IMG/VR virus record: IMGVR_UViG_3300030095_002804
Span: 1-36,537 of that record
DNA length: 36,537 nt
Direction: 5' to 3' (one strand)
DNA from: a virus
Lineage: Duplodnaviria > Caudoviricetes
Positions 27,131 to 36,341 of the stretch are shown piece after piece; position 1 is the stretch's first letter, and the number at the start of each line of letters is the position of its first letter. Below the pieces are notes generated by a model that saw nothing but the letters and a program-made list of their open reading frames with translations, was not told where the DNA came from and did no database searches. A program made the position numbers and the translations under genes.

Positions 27131-29533
27131 TTAGAGACTTGGACCTTCAAATCCAGCACTCCCTGTAATTATATCATTACCCGATGATTCAAAATTATTA
27201 AGTGAATCACCCTGTTTTCTTTGCTCTATCATGTTTTTTTGATGAGCGGCTTGTCTATCAACTCTTTGATCTTTTCTATCCTCTCTTACTCTTTCATCAC
27301 CTACCTTATTCTCTCTTTCCATCTGTTTTAACTTAGAATTTAATTCAAACTCAAATTGCATTAATTCTTTTTTACCCTGCACCTCTGCTTGTAAGTATTG
27401 AGTTTGGAGTTGATTTTTAGTTTGTTCTATTTGCATATCAGCTTGTGATTTAGCGTTGTTCTTTTCTATTTCCGCTTGAGCTGCTGCTTGTTGCTGTTGT
27501 TGATTTGCCTGAGCTTGAGCTTGAATATTTTGTTGTTGCATTTGCTGATCCCTCTCTAGTTTCTTTTTTCTTTTAACTTTTAGAAGTTGATTAGCTAACT
27601 TAACGTTTCTAGTGGCTCTTAAATCTATAGCATCATCTAAGTCTATAGAATCTTTTGATAAAGCAACCTGTATATTATTTTCTAAAATAGCTTTTTCCTC
27701 TTCATCTGGCAACATTTCTATAAATATACCAAAATCATGAAGATGTAATTCTTTTAATTCTTCTAATGTTGCTACATTATGTGCACCTATAGCTTGTATA
27801 AAAGCATCTCTTGTTGGAGAATACTCTACTATATCAGCTATTCTTAAAGATAAGCACTCTGCTACCTCCGCCGTTAGATACAACATTGACTGTAGTATAT
27901 GTCTAGTAGCTGTATTTGAATTAGCTGCGGCTAGTTTCTGTACCCCGACTAATGCGTTAGCGTCAGGCATACTACCATCTCTAGCTTCATTTAACCCTGT
28001 CGTATCTCTTATCATTTGCATGTAGTAGTTGTATGTAGTAATAAGACTTTGTATTTTATTTCCACCAGCACCATTTTGTATTTGTTGTATTGGTACTTTA
28101 CCTGGATTCATGTCTCCTTCTGAAGTCATACTTCTACCAATAACAGAACCAGTTTGGAAAAACATGTTTAAAGCTTCTTGTGGATTGTAGTTTGTTCCAT
28201 TACCAAGGTCAACCTCTGCTAAACCATCTACATCAAGATAAACACCGTCTGGTACCATTCTTGCCATAACCTGTTGTAGCTTTAAATGTGTTAATTGAAT
28301 CATGTCCGCAAAACCCGTTACTCTACCAACTAGTGATTCGATTCTTCCTTTGTACATTCTAGGCGCAACTATCTGATAGTTCATTTTTACTGAATTAAAA
28401 TCAGAATCAGAACGCATCATGTTATCGCACATTTTCCATCTAAGTAATTTATCACAACTAATAATATAAACACCTTCATACAACACTTCAACAACTCTCT
28501 CTAATTTACTATAATCCCCATCCATGTTTTCTACAGGAGGATTAAATGTGTCATCTTTTTGTATAACTTTCTGACCGCCACTCTTTAATGTCTTAAGCTT
28601 ATAAACGTCGTTCATATGAGTTTTATAATTAAAATATAAAACCTCTATTTTATTTTTGTCGTTATTATTTTTATAACCAGACTTATTATACTTGGTGTTC
28701 CCATTATTTTTTGATATATACTCTATATCAGATTCAGTTAGTTCGGGAAATTCTTTAACTAATTCATTTATTGGTATCTCTTTTCTTTCTCCAACATAAT
28801 ATATATCCTCAAAATAAGGTGATTCGGAATATGAGTAAACTAGATTAGCTGGATCAACATACTTAGCTTTAGCTCCTCCAGCCCAATCAAATACCGTTTT
28901 AGTTGCACCAATACCTATTGTTGTTAAATCGTACAAGCATCTTCTTCTAATTAAGTCATAATCACTAGCTTCTAGTAAAACATTTAAAGCCTGCTCTTCA
29001 GCTAACTCAACTGACTGTTTGTAGTTAAGTTGCATGTGAAGTGCAAGCTCCTCTTCTGTGTCCGGCAGCATATCGACATCATTCTCATATAGATCTATAT
29101 TGAATTTTTGTTTTGCCATGTCAGTAAACTCCTTGGATCTCATGTCTCTAAGTATAGACTCCATATACTCAGTTCTCTTACTAACACCGTATTGATCTTG
29201 TGAAAATGCGTTTATTTCAAAAGTTCTCTGTGCCATTCCATTTACAACTATATCTACAAACTTAGGTACTATTGGAACTGGTTTCCAATCTAAGTTTAGA
29301 TATGATAAATCACCATTTATTGATAACTCATTTTTATACTTTTGAACATCTTGTTCTCCTCTAGCGTACAATCTTAACTTATGGAAGTTATTTAAGTTAT
29401 CAGTGTATTTAGATGTGTTTCCAGTGAACCACTCTTGCTTTATAGCTTTAGCAACCTTTAAACCATATTCTTCGCTTAATTTTTCTAAGTCGCTAACTGC
29501 TTGTGATGGAAAATTTATAACAGACTCTGTCAT
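27131..29533 (-). CDS. Portal protein (800 aa)
   Basis: Directly follows TerL with an ATGA overlap. It has LDWKPVPIVPKFVDIVVNG near the N-terminus and a long Gln-rich C-terminal coiled coil like podovirus portal barrels. Confidence 0.85.
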   Translation of the reverse strand: MTESVINFPSQAVSDLEKLSEEYGLKVAKAIKQEWFTGNTSKYTDNLNNFHKLRLYARGEQDVQKYKNELSINGDLSYLNLDWKPVPIVPKFVDIVVNGMAQRTFEINAFSQDQYGVSKRTEYMESILRDMRSKEFTDMAKQKFNIDLYENDVDMLPDTEEELALHMQLNYKQSVELAEEQALNVLLEASDYDLIRRRCLYDLTTIGIGATKTVFDWAGGAKAKYVDPANLVYSYSESPYFEDIYYVGERKEIPINELVKEFPELTESDIEYISKNNGNTKYNKSGYKNNNDKNKIEVLYFNYKTHMNDVYKLKTLKSGGQKVIQKDDTFNPPVENMDGDYSKLERVVEVLYEGVYIISCDKLLRWKMCDNMMRSDSDFNSVKMNYQIVAPRMYKGRIESLVGRVTGFADMIQLTHLKLQQVMARMVPDGVYLDVDGLAEVDLGNGTNYNPQEALNMFFQTGSVIGRSMTSEGDMNPGKVPIQQIQNGAGGNKIQSLITTYNYYMQMIRDTTGLNEARDGSMPDANALVGVQKLAAANSNTATRHILQSMLYLTAEVAECLSLRIADIVEYSPTRDAFIQAIGAHNVATLEELKELHLHDFGIFIEMLPDEEEKAILENNIQVALSKDSIDLDDAIDLRATRNVKLANQLLKVKRKKKLERDQQMQQQNIQAQAQANQQQQQAAAQAEIEKNNAKSQADMQIEQTKNQLQTQYLQAEVQGKKELMQFEFELNSKLKQMERENKVGDERVREDRKDQRVDRQAAHQKNMIEQRKQGDSLNNFESSGNDIITGSAGFEGPSL

Positions 29534-31764
29534 ACTTTATTCTTTATTATTGTTGATTGAAATCCTTTATTATTATACTTTGATATATTAAGGTTTAATG
29601 GTGTTACATCTCTATCTCGTGTTGGTCTATATAAATGTCTATTACAAGCCATTATTGCTAAACCAGAACTTATTGAGGCGTCATGTTTTGTTCTCTTCGT
29701 TATGTCAAATTTAGACCAATCATTTAAAGTTTCATTAAAATAAACATTACCATAAGTGCCTTCTTCTAACAAACCAACGTGGTCGTTTATATACATCTCA
29801 ATTGCGGCGGCATGAGCTTGTTTTATGTCTTCACTTGAGTTTGGTATCCCGCCAACCTCCTTTTCCGCAACTGATAGTTTGTTCCAAATTTTATCTGGTC
29901 TATTCATACTAAAGCCTCTATATCCTCTCCTTTTAAGATAATATAAAAGTCTAGGTTTATTGTTCTCTGCAAGTATTGGCATTCCATAAAACACTAATGC
30001 CATTAAAACATCTTCAAAAAATATTTCAGCTGTTTGTGGTCTTGCTATATATTCTAAAAAGAACGTGTTGGCTGGAGCGTCTTCCATAGAGAACTTAGTT
30101 AATCCATGCAAAGCTCCTTTTGATCCTGTTCCATCTACTGTTCCTGATATATCATATGAGTCACAACCAAATGCTCCCATATGTTCATTGCCTGGATATT
30201 TTACGCCATTTTTTAATATAACGTTATTTTGTAATTTACTACTTGGAACCCAACTTACTTTAAATCTACCATTAGGATCTGGGTTAAAAGTTACCTGTGT
30301 GTCTTTAACACCTTGTGTCCATTGAAAGTTACCCGGAGTTAATACCGAAGAATTTCTGTTTCCTTCATTAAAATCTATTTGTTCATATATTTTAACTAAA
30401 TTAAACAAACTGTTTCCAGTCTCATCTCTAAATGCGTGCTCCTCTGTTCTAGGGAACTGACGATAAAATTCATTTAAAGCATCTTGATCGTCTTTTAAAC
30501 CATCAGCTTCATTATCCCAGTGATCTACAACACCATAATCTATCTCTACTCCGTGTGGATCAAATGTTTGTTTTTTTGGAGTATTGAAAACAGGTTGTCC
30601 GAATTCATCAATGAATCCTTCGTAATTCCACTCCATAGGAATAAACAAAGAATATAATCCCGACTTAGTTTGTCCATTTCTGTTTCGTCTTGTAACATCT
30701 GAATTGTAATATAAGTTTTTAAAATTATCACCTCCTTTATCTAATGCGTTGGACGTTGATCCCATCATACACTTACCTATAACTCTACTACCTAATCGCA
30801 AACAAGTTTTTGTAACTCTCCAGTTGTTTTTTATATTATCAGGTCTCTCCCATTTACCACTCTCGTCGTGCACTAATAAAGCTAACTTTTCACCATCATA
30901 ACTATTATCACCTGTATTTTTCCAGTCAATAGTTGTATCAAGACCTTCCATGTCATCTTGTTCCTCACGTTCCCTCATTTTTCTACGAGTAAACTTTTTA
31001 GCAGGTACCCTGTAAGCGAGCTCGGACTTTGGTCGGTCCATACCGTCCTGTATCGGTTTAAAGAAAAATGGATAATTAATACTAATTGGTACTACTTTGT
31101 CTGTAAACATCTTTTTTGCATCAGCACCGGTTTTAGATAATATCCCATATCTACTATCACTTGATATAGTTGCCAAATTAACAGTTTCAGCTGAACTCAT
31201 AAAAGAGAAACCAGAACGTCTATTTTTTAAATAGCACATCCCATAACTTCTTTTATCCGCCTTACAAGCTTCCCAAAATATAAAAAACAATCTATTTGCC
31301 TCTCTAAAATCTGGAGCACCAACATCAATCTTACTCCACTGCAAGTACATATAATGTGTACCTGTTATATAAGTAGATTTACCGTTATTTGCAAACCAAA
31401 AACCCTCATCTCTTCTCTTAAACTCTTCATCTATGTACCCGTAATGTTTTTCTTTAAAATCATCTGGATACTCTTGCCAGTCAAATACCGTTTTAATTCT
31501 TTTAAAATCAGGATTTGGAGGAAACTGTTTCCACTTTTGTTCTGATTTATTTTTACTACGAGAATAAACTTCTTTAGGTTGCTTTGGTAATGCTATTTTA
31601 AAACCTTGGATTTCAAGTATCTCACCAATTTGTCCACTTCTACTAATAACAACAATATCATTTTCTTTATTATAACCGTATTCCCACTTCTTAGACTTGT
31701 TAAGTCTTTTAATAGTATTTAATTTTACGGGTTCTACAACCTTATATAATGTTTGTTGATACAT
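29530..31764 (-). CDS. terL: Terminase large subunit (744 aa)
   Basis: Walker A variant LKNRRSGFS, Walker B LLVHDESGKW, motif III MGST, and an RNase H-like nuclease with GCDSYD and a C-terminal HDA. Confidence 0.9.
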   Translation of the reverse strand: MYQQTLYKVVEPVKLNTIKRLNKSKKWEYGYNKENDIVVISRSGQIGEILEIQGFKIALPKQPKEVYSRSKNKSEQKWKQFPPNPDFKRIKTVFDWQEYPDDFKEKHYGYIDEEFKRRDEGFWFANNGKSTYITGTHYMYLQWSKIDVGAPDFREANRLFFIFWEACKADKRSYGMCYLKNRRSGFSFMSSAETVNLATISSDSRYGILSKTGADAKKMFTDKVVPISINYPFFFKPIQDGMDRPKSELAYRVPAKKFTRRKMREREEQDDMEGLDTTIDWKNTGDNSYDGEKLALLVHDESGKWERPDNIKNNWRVTKTCLRLGSRVIGKCMMGSTSNALDKGGDNFKNLYYNSDVTRRNRNGQTKSGLYSLFIPMEWNYEGFIDEFGQPVFNTPKKQTFDPHGVEIDYGVVDHWDNEADGLKDDQDALNEFYRQFPRTEEHAFRDETGNSLFNLVKIYEQIDFNEGNRNSSVLTPGNFQWTQGVKDTQVTFNPDPNGRFKVSWVPSSKLQNNVILKNGVKYPGNEHMGAFGCDSYDISGTVDGTGSKGALHGLTKFSMEDAPANTFFLEYIARPQTAEIFFEDVLMALVFYGMPILAENNKPRLLYYLKRRGYRGFSMNRPDKIWNKLSVAEKEVGGIPNSSEDIKQAHAAAIEMYINDHVGLLEEGTYGNVYFNETLNDWSKFDITKRTKHDASISSGLAIMACNRHLYRPTRDRDVTPLNLNISKYNNKGFQSTIIKNKV

Positions 31765-32039
31765 TATTTAGATCTTCCTTCTGCAAACCCTTTAAACGTG
31801 CTCTTCTTCTCTTCTTCTATAGGCTTGCCTTCAAGCATATTCTCCTCCTCGTGGATTCTATTTAATATTTCAAACGCATCAAATATAGCTAACTTTTTAG
31901 TCGCTGCAGCGTTCTTTAATCTATCTGCTGATATATCTTCGTCTGAATCAACTATTTCTTCTCTTGCTACCTTTATTAATTCTTCAACCGCCTTGTGACC
32001 AGCTTGGATTATATTCTTTTTCGTCTCCTTGATATTCAT
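31764..32039 (-). CDS. Small helical protein, candidate terminase small subunit (91 aa)
   Basis: Coupled to terL by a TAATG overlap at 31762-31766. The call rests on position and helical character only. Confidence 0.45.
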   Translation of the reverse strand: MNIKETKKNIIQAGHKAVEELIKVAREEIVDSDEDISADRLKNAAATKKLAIFDAFEILNRIHEEENMLEGKPIEEEKKSTFKGFAEGRSK

Positions 32040-32571
32040 ATTTAATTGTAATAAAATTGTTTTTAACCCTATATAATCTCTCTCCGTTTACAAAGTCTTC
32101 ACACTTTATTCTTGGCATAAAACCAACTAGTTCATTAACTTTAAATTCACCATCACTATATTTAACTACACCAACCAACTCTTGCTCTTTATTAAAACAA
32201 AATTTATTGTTTGACTCTATCGGTTTAATTAAAGTGTAACCAGGTATAGGTTTCCATTCTTCTTTTTTATATAAATATATTTGATCTTCAGATACTAAAT
32301 ATTTATCTTCTTCAAAATAAGATCTACTATTTCTTTCTCTACCTTTAACATCATGCCATCTTCTAAACACATTGTGATGCACTATTACTTCATCACCCAC
32401 TTTAATAGGTGATGAAAATAATAATGGAGTAGCGATTACTATTGCTAATCTATTTACGTGCTGATGGTTGTAAACTTCAGTATTAAGTATAAGTTCTTTT
32501 TCACCAATCTTCTTGGAGTTATTATATCTCTGGCCTATTGGTGATACTATAAAATCCTTATAAGCTTTCAT
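31984..32571 (-). CDS. GroES-like co-chaperonin (195 aa, probably two GroES-like halves)
   Basis: AIVIATP...IKVGDEVIV resembles the Cpn10 VKVGDxV signature. The second half has W-x-PIPGYTLIKP...GVVKY...KVNELVGF. Confidence 0.6.
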   Translation of the reverse strand: MKAYKDFIVSPIGQRYNNSKKIGEKELILNTEVYNHQHVNRLAIVIATPLLFSSPIKVGDEVIVHHNVFRRWHDVKGRERNSRSYFEEDKYLVSEDQIYLYKKEEWKPIPGYTLIKPIESNNKFCFNKEQELVGVVKYSDGEFKVNELVGFMPRIKCEDFVNGERLYRVKNNFITIKYEYQGDEKEYNPSWSQGG

Positions 32572-32795
32572 TAGTATTCTAAATTATACTCTACTGATAT
32601 AGCCATGTTTTTATTAAAATCTTTCCAAGGTATAACTACTTTTTCTTTTCTGATATAAATACAATACTTATCTTCTTCTTCTATTATATCGCAAATCTTA
32701 TGACCACCATACACTTCCTGATTAACAGCGTAGTGCATGGAGTCATTCTTGTAATCTTTACCTATAGTGATTTTTCTGATGATATTACTTTTCAT
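32571..32795 (-). CDS. Hypothetical protein (74 aa; start re-called to ATG at 32795)
   Basis: MKSNIIRKITIGKDYKNDSMHYAVNQEVYGGH...ISVEYNLEY*. It overlaps the upstream gene end slightly and is TAATG-coupled to the GroES-like gene. Confidence 0.7.
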   Translation of the reverse strand: MKSNIIRKITIGKDYKNDSMHYAVNQEVYGGHKICDIIEEEDKYCIYIRKEKVVIPWKDFNKNMAISVEYNLEY

Positions 32796-33090
32796 CCTCC
32801 TTTTCTTCAGGCCAATTGATAGTACCGTCTTCAAGGTTAACATCATAAGTACCGTATTCCTTTTGTAAGGTATCTTGTAGCACAGATATTCTATCTTGAG
32901 TTACAGATAAATTATGTAACAATGTATGCTTTTGGTGTTCTATTTTACCAATATTAAACTGCAATTGATTAACAGCATTAACTGTTTGCTGCATTTGCTT
33001 TAAGTGTTCTTCTGAAACTTTTTCAGCTTTAACCTTTAATTCGATTTCTTTTTCTTCTACTGCGTCTTTGAAATTTTCTTTTTTTGCCAT
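32785..33090 (-). CDS. Small coiled-coil hypothetical protein (101 aa)
   Basis: Heptad-like central helix ending in EYGTYDVNLEDGTI, with an AT-rich leader. Confidence 0.7.
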   Translation of the reverse strand: MAKKENFKDAVEEKEIELKVKAEKVSEEHLKQMQQTVNAVNQLQFNIGKIEHQKHTLLHNLSVTQDRISVLQDTLQKEYGTYDVNLEDGTINWPEEKEDEK

Positions 33091-33110
33091 TTTATTTAAT
33101 TTTATTTAAG

Positions 33111-34454
33111 TTATAAATTATACTTGGTTTTCAAGTATGTTTCTATCTGAGATCTTTCATCATTATTTAGTGCGTCCCTATATATTAATATCTCGTATAT
33201 TTGATCACTACTTGTTGTTGGGTTAGCTGATCCAAATCCCCAATTTTGTCCTTCACTACACAACCAATCTTCGCATGTCGTGCAGTTGCTGTTGTTATTT
33301 TGAGGAGGTATACCATCACTACTAGTACCTCTACTCATATATCTATTACCTATCACTACTCTACTAGCTTTCTGAGCATCAGAAGCATCTTCAACTCCCC
33401 ATGACATAACCCAACCTAATTGATTAGAAGCAACATCAGATGAGGATTCTGTTAAGTTACCATTACTAGTGTCCCCGTTTTTATAAAGCATTGATGCGTT
33501 TTGACCATTTAATACTAACGTCCATAATCCAACATTAGTGTCTGTGCCTGTTATTCCAGAGTTCACATAATAATTATTACCAGCATCTGTTATCTCATAT
33601 GTTGTACCACTTGTCTGTGTACACACAAAACCATCATTAAGTCTACATCTATAATATGGATCACTTCCATCAGCTGGCCTCCAATACTCAAAATTTATTG
33701 ATTGAGTGGCATTTGAACCAGGTTGACCATCTTCGCTTATTATTGATATAACTCTTCTACCTCTACCAGCTATAGGATCTGAAGATGCTTTAACCACAAA
33801 AAACATCGTCACCCTGTTTGATAACAAATGTTGATTAAAACTAGTTGGTGGAGGATTATGTGCTACTTTCCATCCAGTGTCTTCTTGTCCTGGATTGTAA
33901 GTTCTGTTAGCGTAGTAACCATGTAGCGGCTCTGCTTTACTTTGAGGTCCTGTTCCAGTGTTACCTAGTCCAGCTAAGCCACAAGCTAATTTTCCATTAC
34001 CATTAAATGATACGTACGAATGTCCGTTTTGACCACCTGTTTTATAAAAAGCTGTACTTGAGTTAGCACTAACAGTACCGCTTAAAAAAGCTCCTAACGC
34101 TCCAGTATCATAAGATGCTCCCCCTGAGTTTTGTAACCAATAAGCTTTGTTATCAACTCTACCTATTATATCTCCATTTGCATTAACATCAAGATAATCA
34201 AAGCCCCCTGTGTTATGCAGATACCCTTGTGATGGGTGGAGAGGTGTTGATGTAAACCAATCTCCAGTTCTACCAAATGGTCTTTTCCACAAGGTTGAAG
34301 TATCTGTAAAATCCCACCAAGCAACTAGATTGTTAACTGTCAACGTTGGGAGATCTATACCTATCTCTAGTAGTGACCACTCATCTATATTTAGTGGTGC
34401 CTCTTCAAACCCTAATAAATCCTCGTAGGGTAATCCCATGAACGAACCTAACAT
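33111..34454 (-). CDS. LamG/concanavalin A-like domain protein (447 aa), candidate virion adhesin
   Basis: NLVAWWDFTDTSTL...IIGRVDNK...TMFFVV...IYEILIYRDALNNDERSQIETYLKTKY is the pattern of phage ConA-like lectin domains. Confidence 0.7.
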   Translation of the reverse strand: MLGSFMGLPYEDLLGFEEAPLNIDEWSLLEIGIDLPTLTVNNLVAWWDFTDTSTLWKRPFGRTGDWFTSTPLHPSQGYLHNTGGFDYLDVNANGDIIGRVDNKAYWLQNSGGASYDTGALGAFLSGTVSANSSTAFYKTGGQNGHSYVSFNGNGKLACGLAGLGNTGTGPQSKAEPLHGYYANRTYNPGQEDTGWKVAHNPPPTSFNQHLLSNRVTMFFVVKASSDPIAGRGRRVISIISEDGQPGSNATQSINFEYWRPADGSDPYYRCRLNDGFVCTQTSGTTYEITDAGNNYYVNSGITGTDTNVGLWTLVLNGQNASMLYKNGDTSNGNLTESSSDVASNQLGWVMSWGVEDASDAQKASRVVIGNRYMSRGTSSDGIPPQNNNSNCTTCEDWLCSEGQNWGFGSANPTTSSDQIYEILIYRDALNNDERSQIETYLKTKYNL

Positions 34455-34855
34455 TAGTGCCCTATATATGCTATGATCTCGCCTTGATAAATATCTATCT
34501 CAGTCCATCGACCATATATTGTCATACCCTTTGGAAACGTGACAGATCCACTAGATGTGCTACCAACTATTACTTTTCCACCACTACCCTCATCTATTGT
34601 TGCATTGTCTAAATCATTAGCCGCAGCATTAGTGCCAATATAAACATTGTTAGTGACTTGCACGCCGCCAGTTGTTTTGTTAGTTCTTTGCTCAGCTATC
34701 AATCCAGTTGAGTCATCAAATGTTGTATTAGTTAAAAATGATATAGCAACAAATACTTTTCCTGTTGGTGGTTTTATTTCGTCACTACCTGAGGTACTAT
34801 AAATACTACCTAGTTGTCCAAAACCATATGATACTTCTGTTGAATTTATTGGCAT
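34454..34855 (-). CDS. Small beta-rich protein, paralog A2 (133 aa)
   Basis: NSTEVSYGFGQLGS...PPTGKVFVAISFL...FPKGMTIYGRWTEI; clearly paralogous to 35557..35913. Confidence 0.75.
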   Translation of the reverse strand: MPINSTEVSYGFGQLGSIYSTSGSDEIKPPTGKVFVAISFLTNTTFDDSTGLIAEQRTNKTTGGVQVTNNVYIGTNAAANDLDNATIDEGSGGKVIVGSTSSGSVTFPKGMTIYGRWTEIDIYQGEIIAYIGH

Positions 34856-34870
34856 AATATATTATTTTAT

Positions 34871-35557
34871 TTAATTATAACCGTCGGTCCAATCATCTAA
34901 CATCCAGCCTTTAGTTAATGTTAGTGTGCCCTGGTCGATTGACCACGGTTCTATACCGTCTTTAGCTACAGTAATAGCAACCATATCGGTATCAGTACTG
35001 CTATTGTGAGTGCCGTCATCTTTACATTTTTTAAAATTCCATGTCTTAGAAAACTTATCACCAAGAGTACCACCATCAGATGTTACATATATGCTCATGT
35101 TTCTTATAAAGAAAGCAGCTGCAGCCTCTGGTGTATCACCACCTGGACCCCAAAAAATTCTCCACGTGTCTCCATAGCTACCGTCGTGATCAGCTTTAGG
35201 TACAGTAAAAGTGTATTCTCTTAAACCTTCTGTTCCTCCAAAAGCACTACCATCTTGTTTCTTAAGGTGTATAGTGTTAGAACTATAACCATTTGCACCA
35301 TTATTAGCGTGCTCGAACCTAGTATAAACAGGGTCAAAATCTGAGTCGTCGTCCCATTTTGCTGGTGGAGTCAGTTTTATTTCCATTACTAATTTTATCT
35401 CATCATCTGTATGTTTTGTTACACCTGCAAATATATCTGTAAATTGAAATCCTGATTGATTTGTTTGAGTTTGGTCATAAATACCGCGCATACCACTACC
35501 ACCACAAGGAACACACCTAGTACTAAAAGATAATCCTGATCCTAATCCTAATGCCAT
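34871..35557 (-). CDS. Hypothetical beta-rich protein with MALGLG N-terminus (228 aa)
   Basis: The ORF fills the gap between paralogs A1 and A2 and is TAATG-coupled to A1. It may be a carbohydrate-binding-module-like sandwich (weak). Confidence 0.65.
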   Translation of the reverse strand: MALGLGSGLSFSTRCVPCGGSGMRGIYDQTQTNQSGFQFTDIFAGVTKHTDDEIKLVMEIKLTPPAKWDDDSDFDPVYTRFEHANNGANGYSSNTIHLKKQDGSAFGGTEGLREYTFTVPKADHDGSYGDTWRIFWGPGGDTPEAAAAFFIRNMSIYVTSDGGTLGDKFSKTWNFKKCKDDGTHNSSTDTDMVAITVAKDGIEPWSIDQGTLTLTKGWMLDDWTDGYN

Positions 35558-35913
35558 TATACTCCGAAATATAATATTACACCATGGTTAGTACTAGTAG
35601 CTAATGAAAACTCTGTCCACCTACCGTATATAGTTACTCCTTTTGGAAATTCTACCGCAGTGTCTATTGCTATACTATTACCATTATCGTTAGCTTTAGC
35701 GCCTATACCCGCAAATGCCTTATTGTTTATAGCATTTGTTCCATATTTTACAGACGTATTGTCATCTGGAGTTAACACATCTAATTTATTGTCTTCTAAA
35801 AATTGAATAGCAACGATAACCATTCCATTAGGTGGTGTAACCGTGTTAGTGGCTGCCGTTATATGAGCACTACCTAGTTGCCCGAATTGATATGATACTT
35901 CTTGTGAATTCAT
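35557..35913 (-). CDS. Small beta-rich protein, paralog A1 (118 aa)
   Basis: NSQEVSYQFGQLGS...PPNGMVIVAIQFL...FPKGVTIYGRWTEF. Confidence 0.75.
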   Translation of the reverse strand: MNSQEVSYQFGQLGSAHITAATNTVTPPNGMVIVAIQFLEDNKLDVLTPDDNTSVKYGTNAINNKAFAGIGAKANDNGNSIAIDTAVEFPKGVTIYGRWTEFSLATSTNHGVILYFGV

Positions 35914-35915
35914 AA

Positions 35916-36341
35916 TTATTTATTATTATTTTGTTGTTCATTCTTTTTTGACGATCCGCCGAAAAAGAAATCGACCACCGTGTTAACTTTAGCACTCATA
36001 GCTCCGAATATAGTTGAAACAAAACTTATTTCAAATTCACCCATTTCGATATCTCCAGTAACGAAGAATCTAAACATCATGAAACTTAATCCGAAGTACG
36101 CTGCTGTAAATAAAGTCGCAAGTATCTTTTGAATAAGTGCATCGTCTTTATACATATCACGTGCGCTCTTTCTGTCTTCGACTTCTTTTTTGAAAGCTTC
36201 AGTTTCGGCTTCGAGTAGTAAGCGTCTAAGAGCGAGCTTCGCCTCATCGCGCTCCTTGTCTGTCGTAACAACTTTGTCAAGTATACCTTCTGCATTATCT
36301 ACTATTTTGCCGAATAAGCCATTTACAAATTTTCCTATCAT
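35916..36341 (-). CDS. Putative holin (GTA 3TM holin-like, 141 aa)
   Basis: Amphipathic N-terminus with ILDKVVTTDKER, then DRKSARDM, two hydrophobic segments and a terminal FFFGGS followed by a polar tail. Confidence 0.6.
   Translation of the reverse strand: MIGKFVNGLFGKIVDNAEGILDKVVTTDKERDEAKLALRRLLLEAETEAFKKEVEDRKSARDMYKDDALIQKILATLFTAAYFGLSFMMFRFFVTGDIEMGEFEISFVSTIFGAMSAKVNTVVDFFFGGSSKKNEQQNNNK

Noticed and set aside
32796-32846. Upstream start giving a 91-aa version of ORF 32571..32846
   Set aside because: The extension overlaps the previous gene extensively. The ATG at 32795, near the upstream stop, is more plausible.
36184-36193. AAAAAAG run in the holin gene as a dnaX-type slippery site
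   Set aside because: It is phased as TTC AAA AAA GAA, not A_AAA_AAG, and I saw no convincing downstream stimulator.
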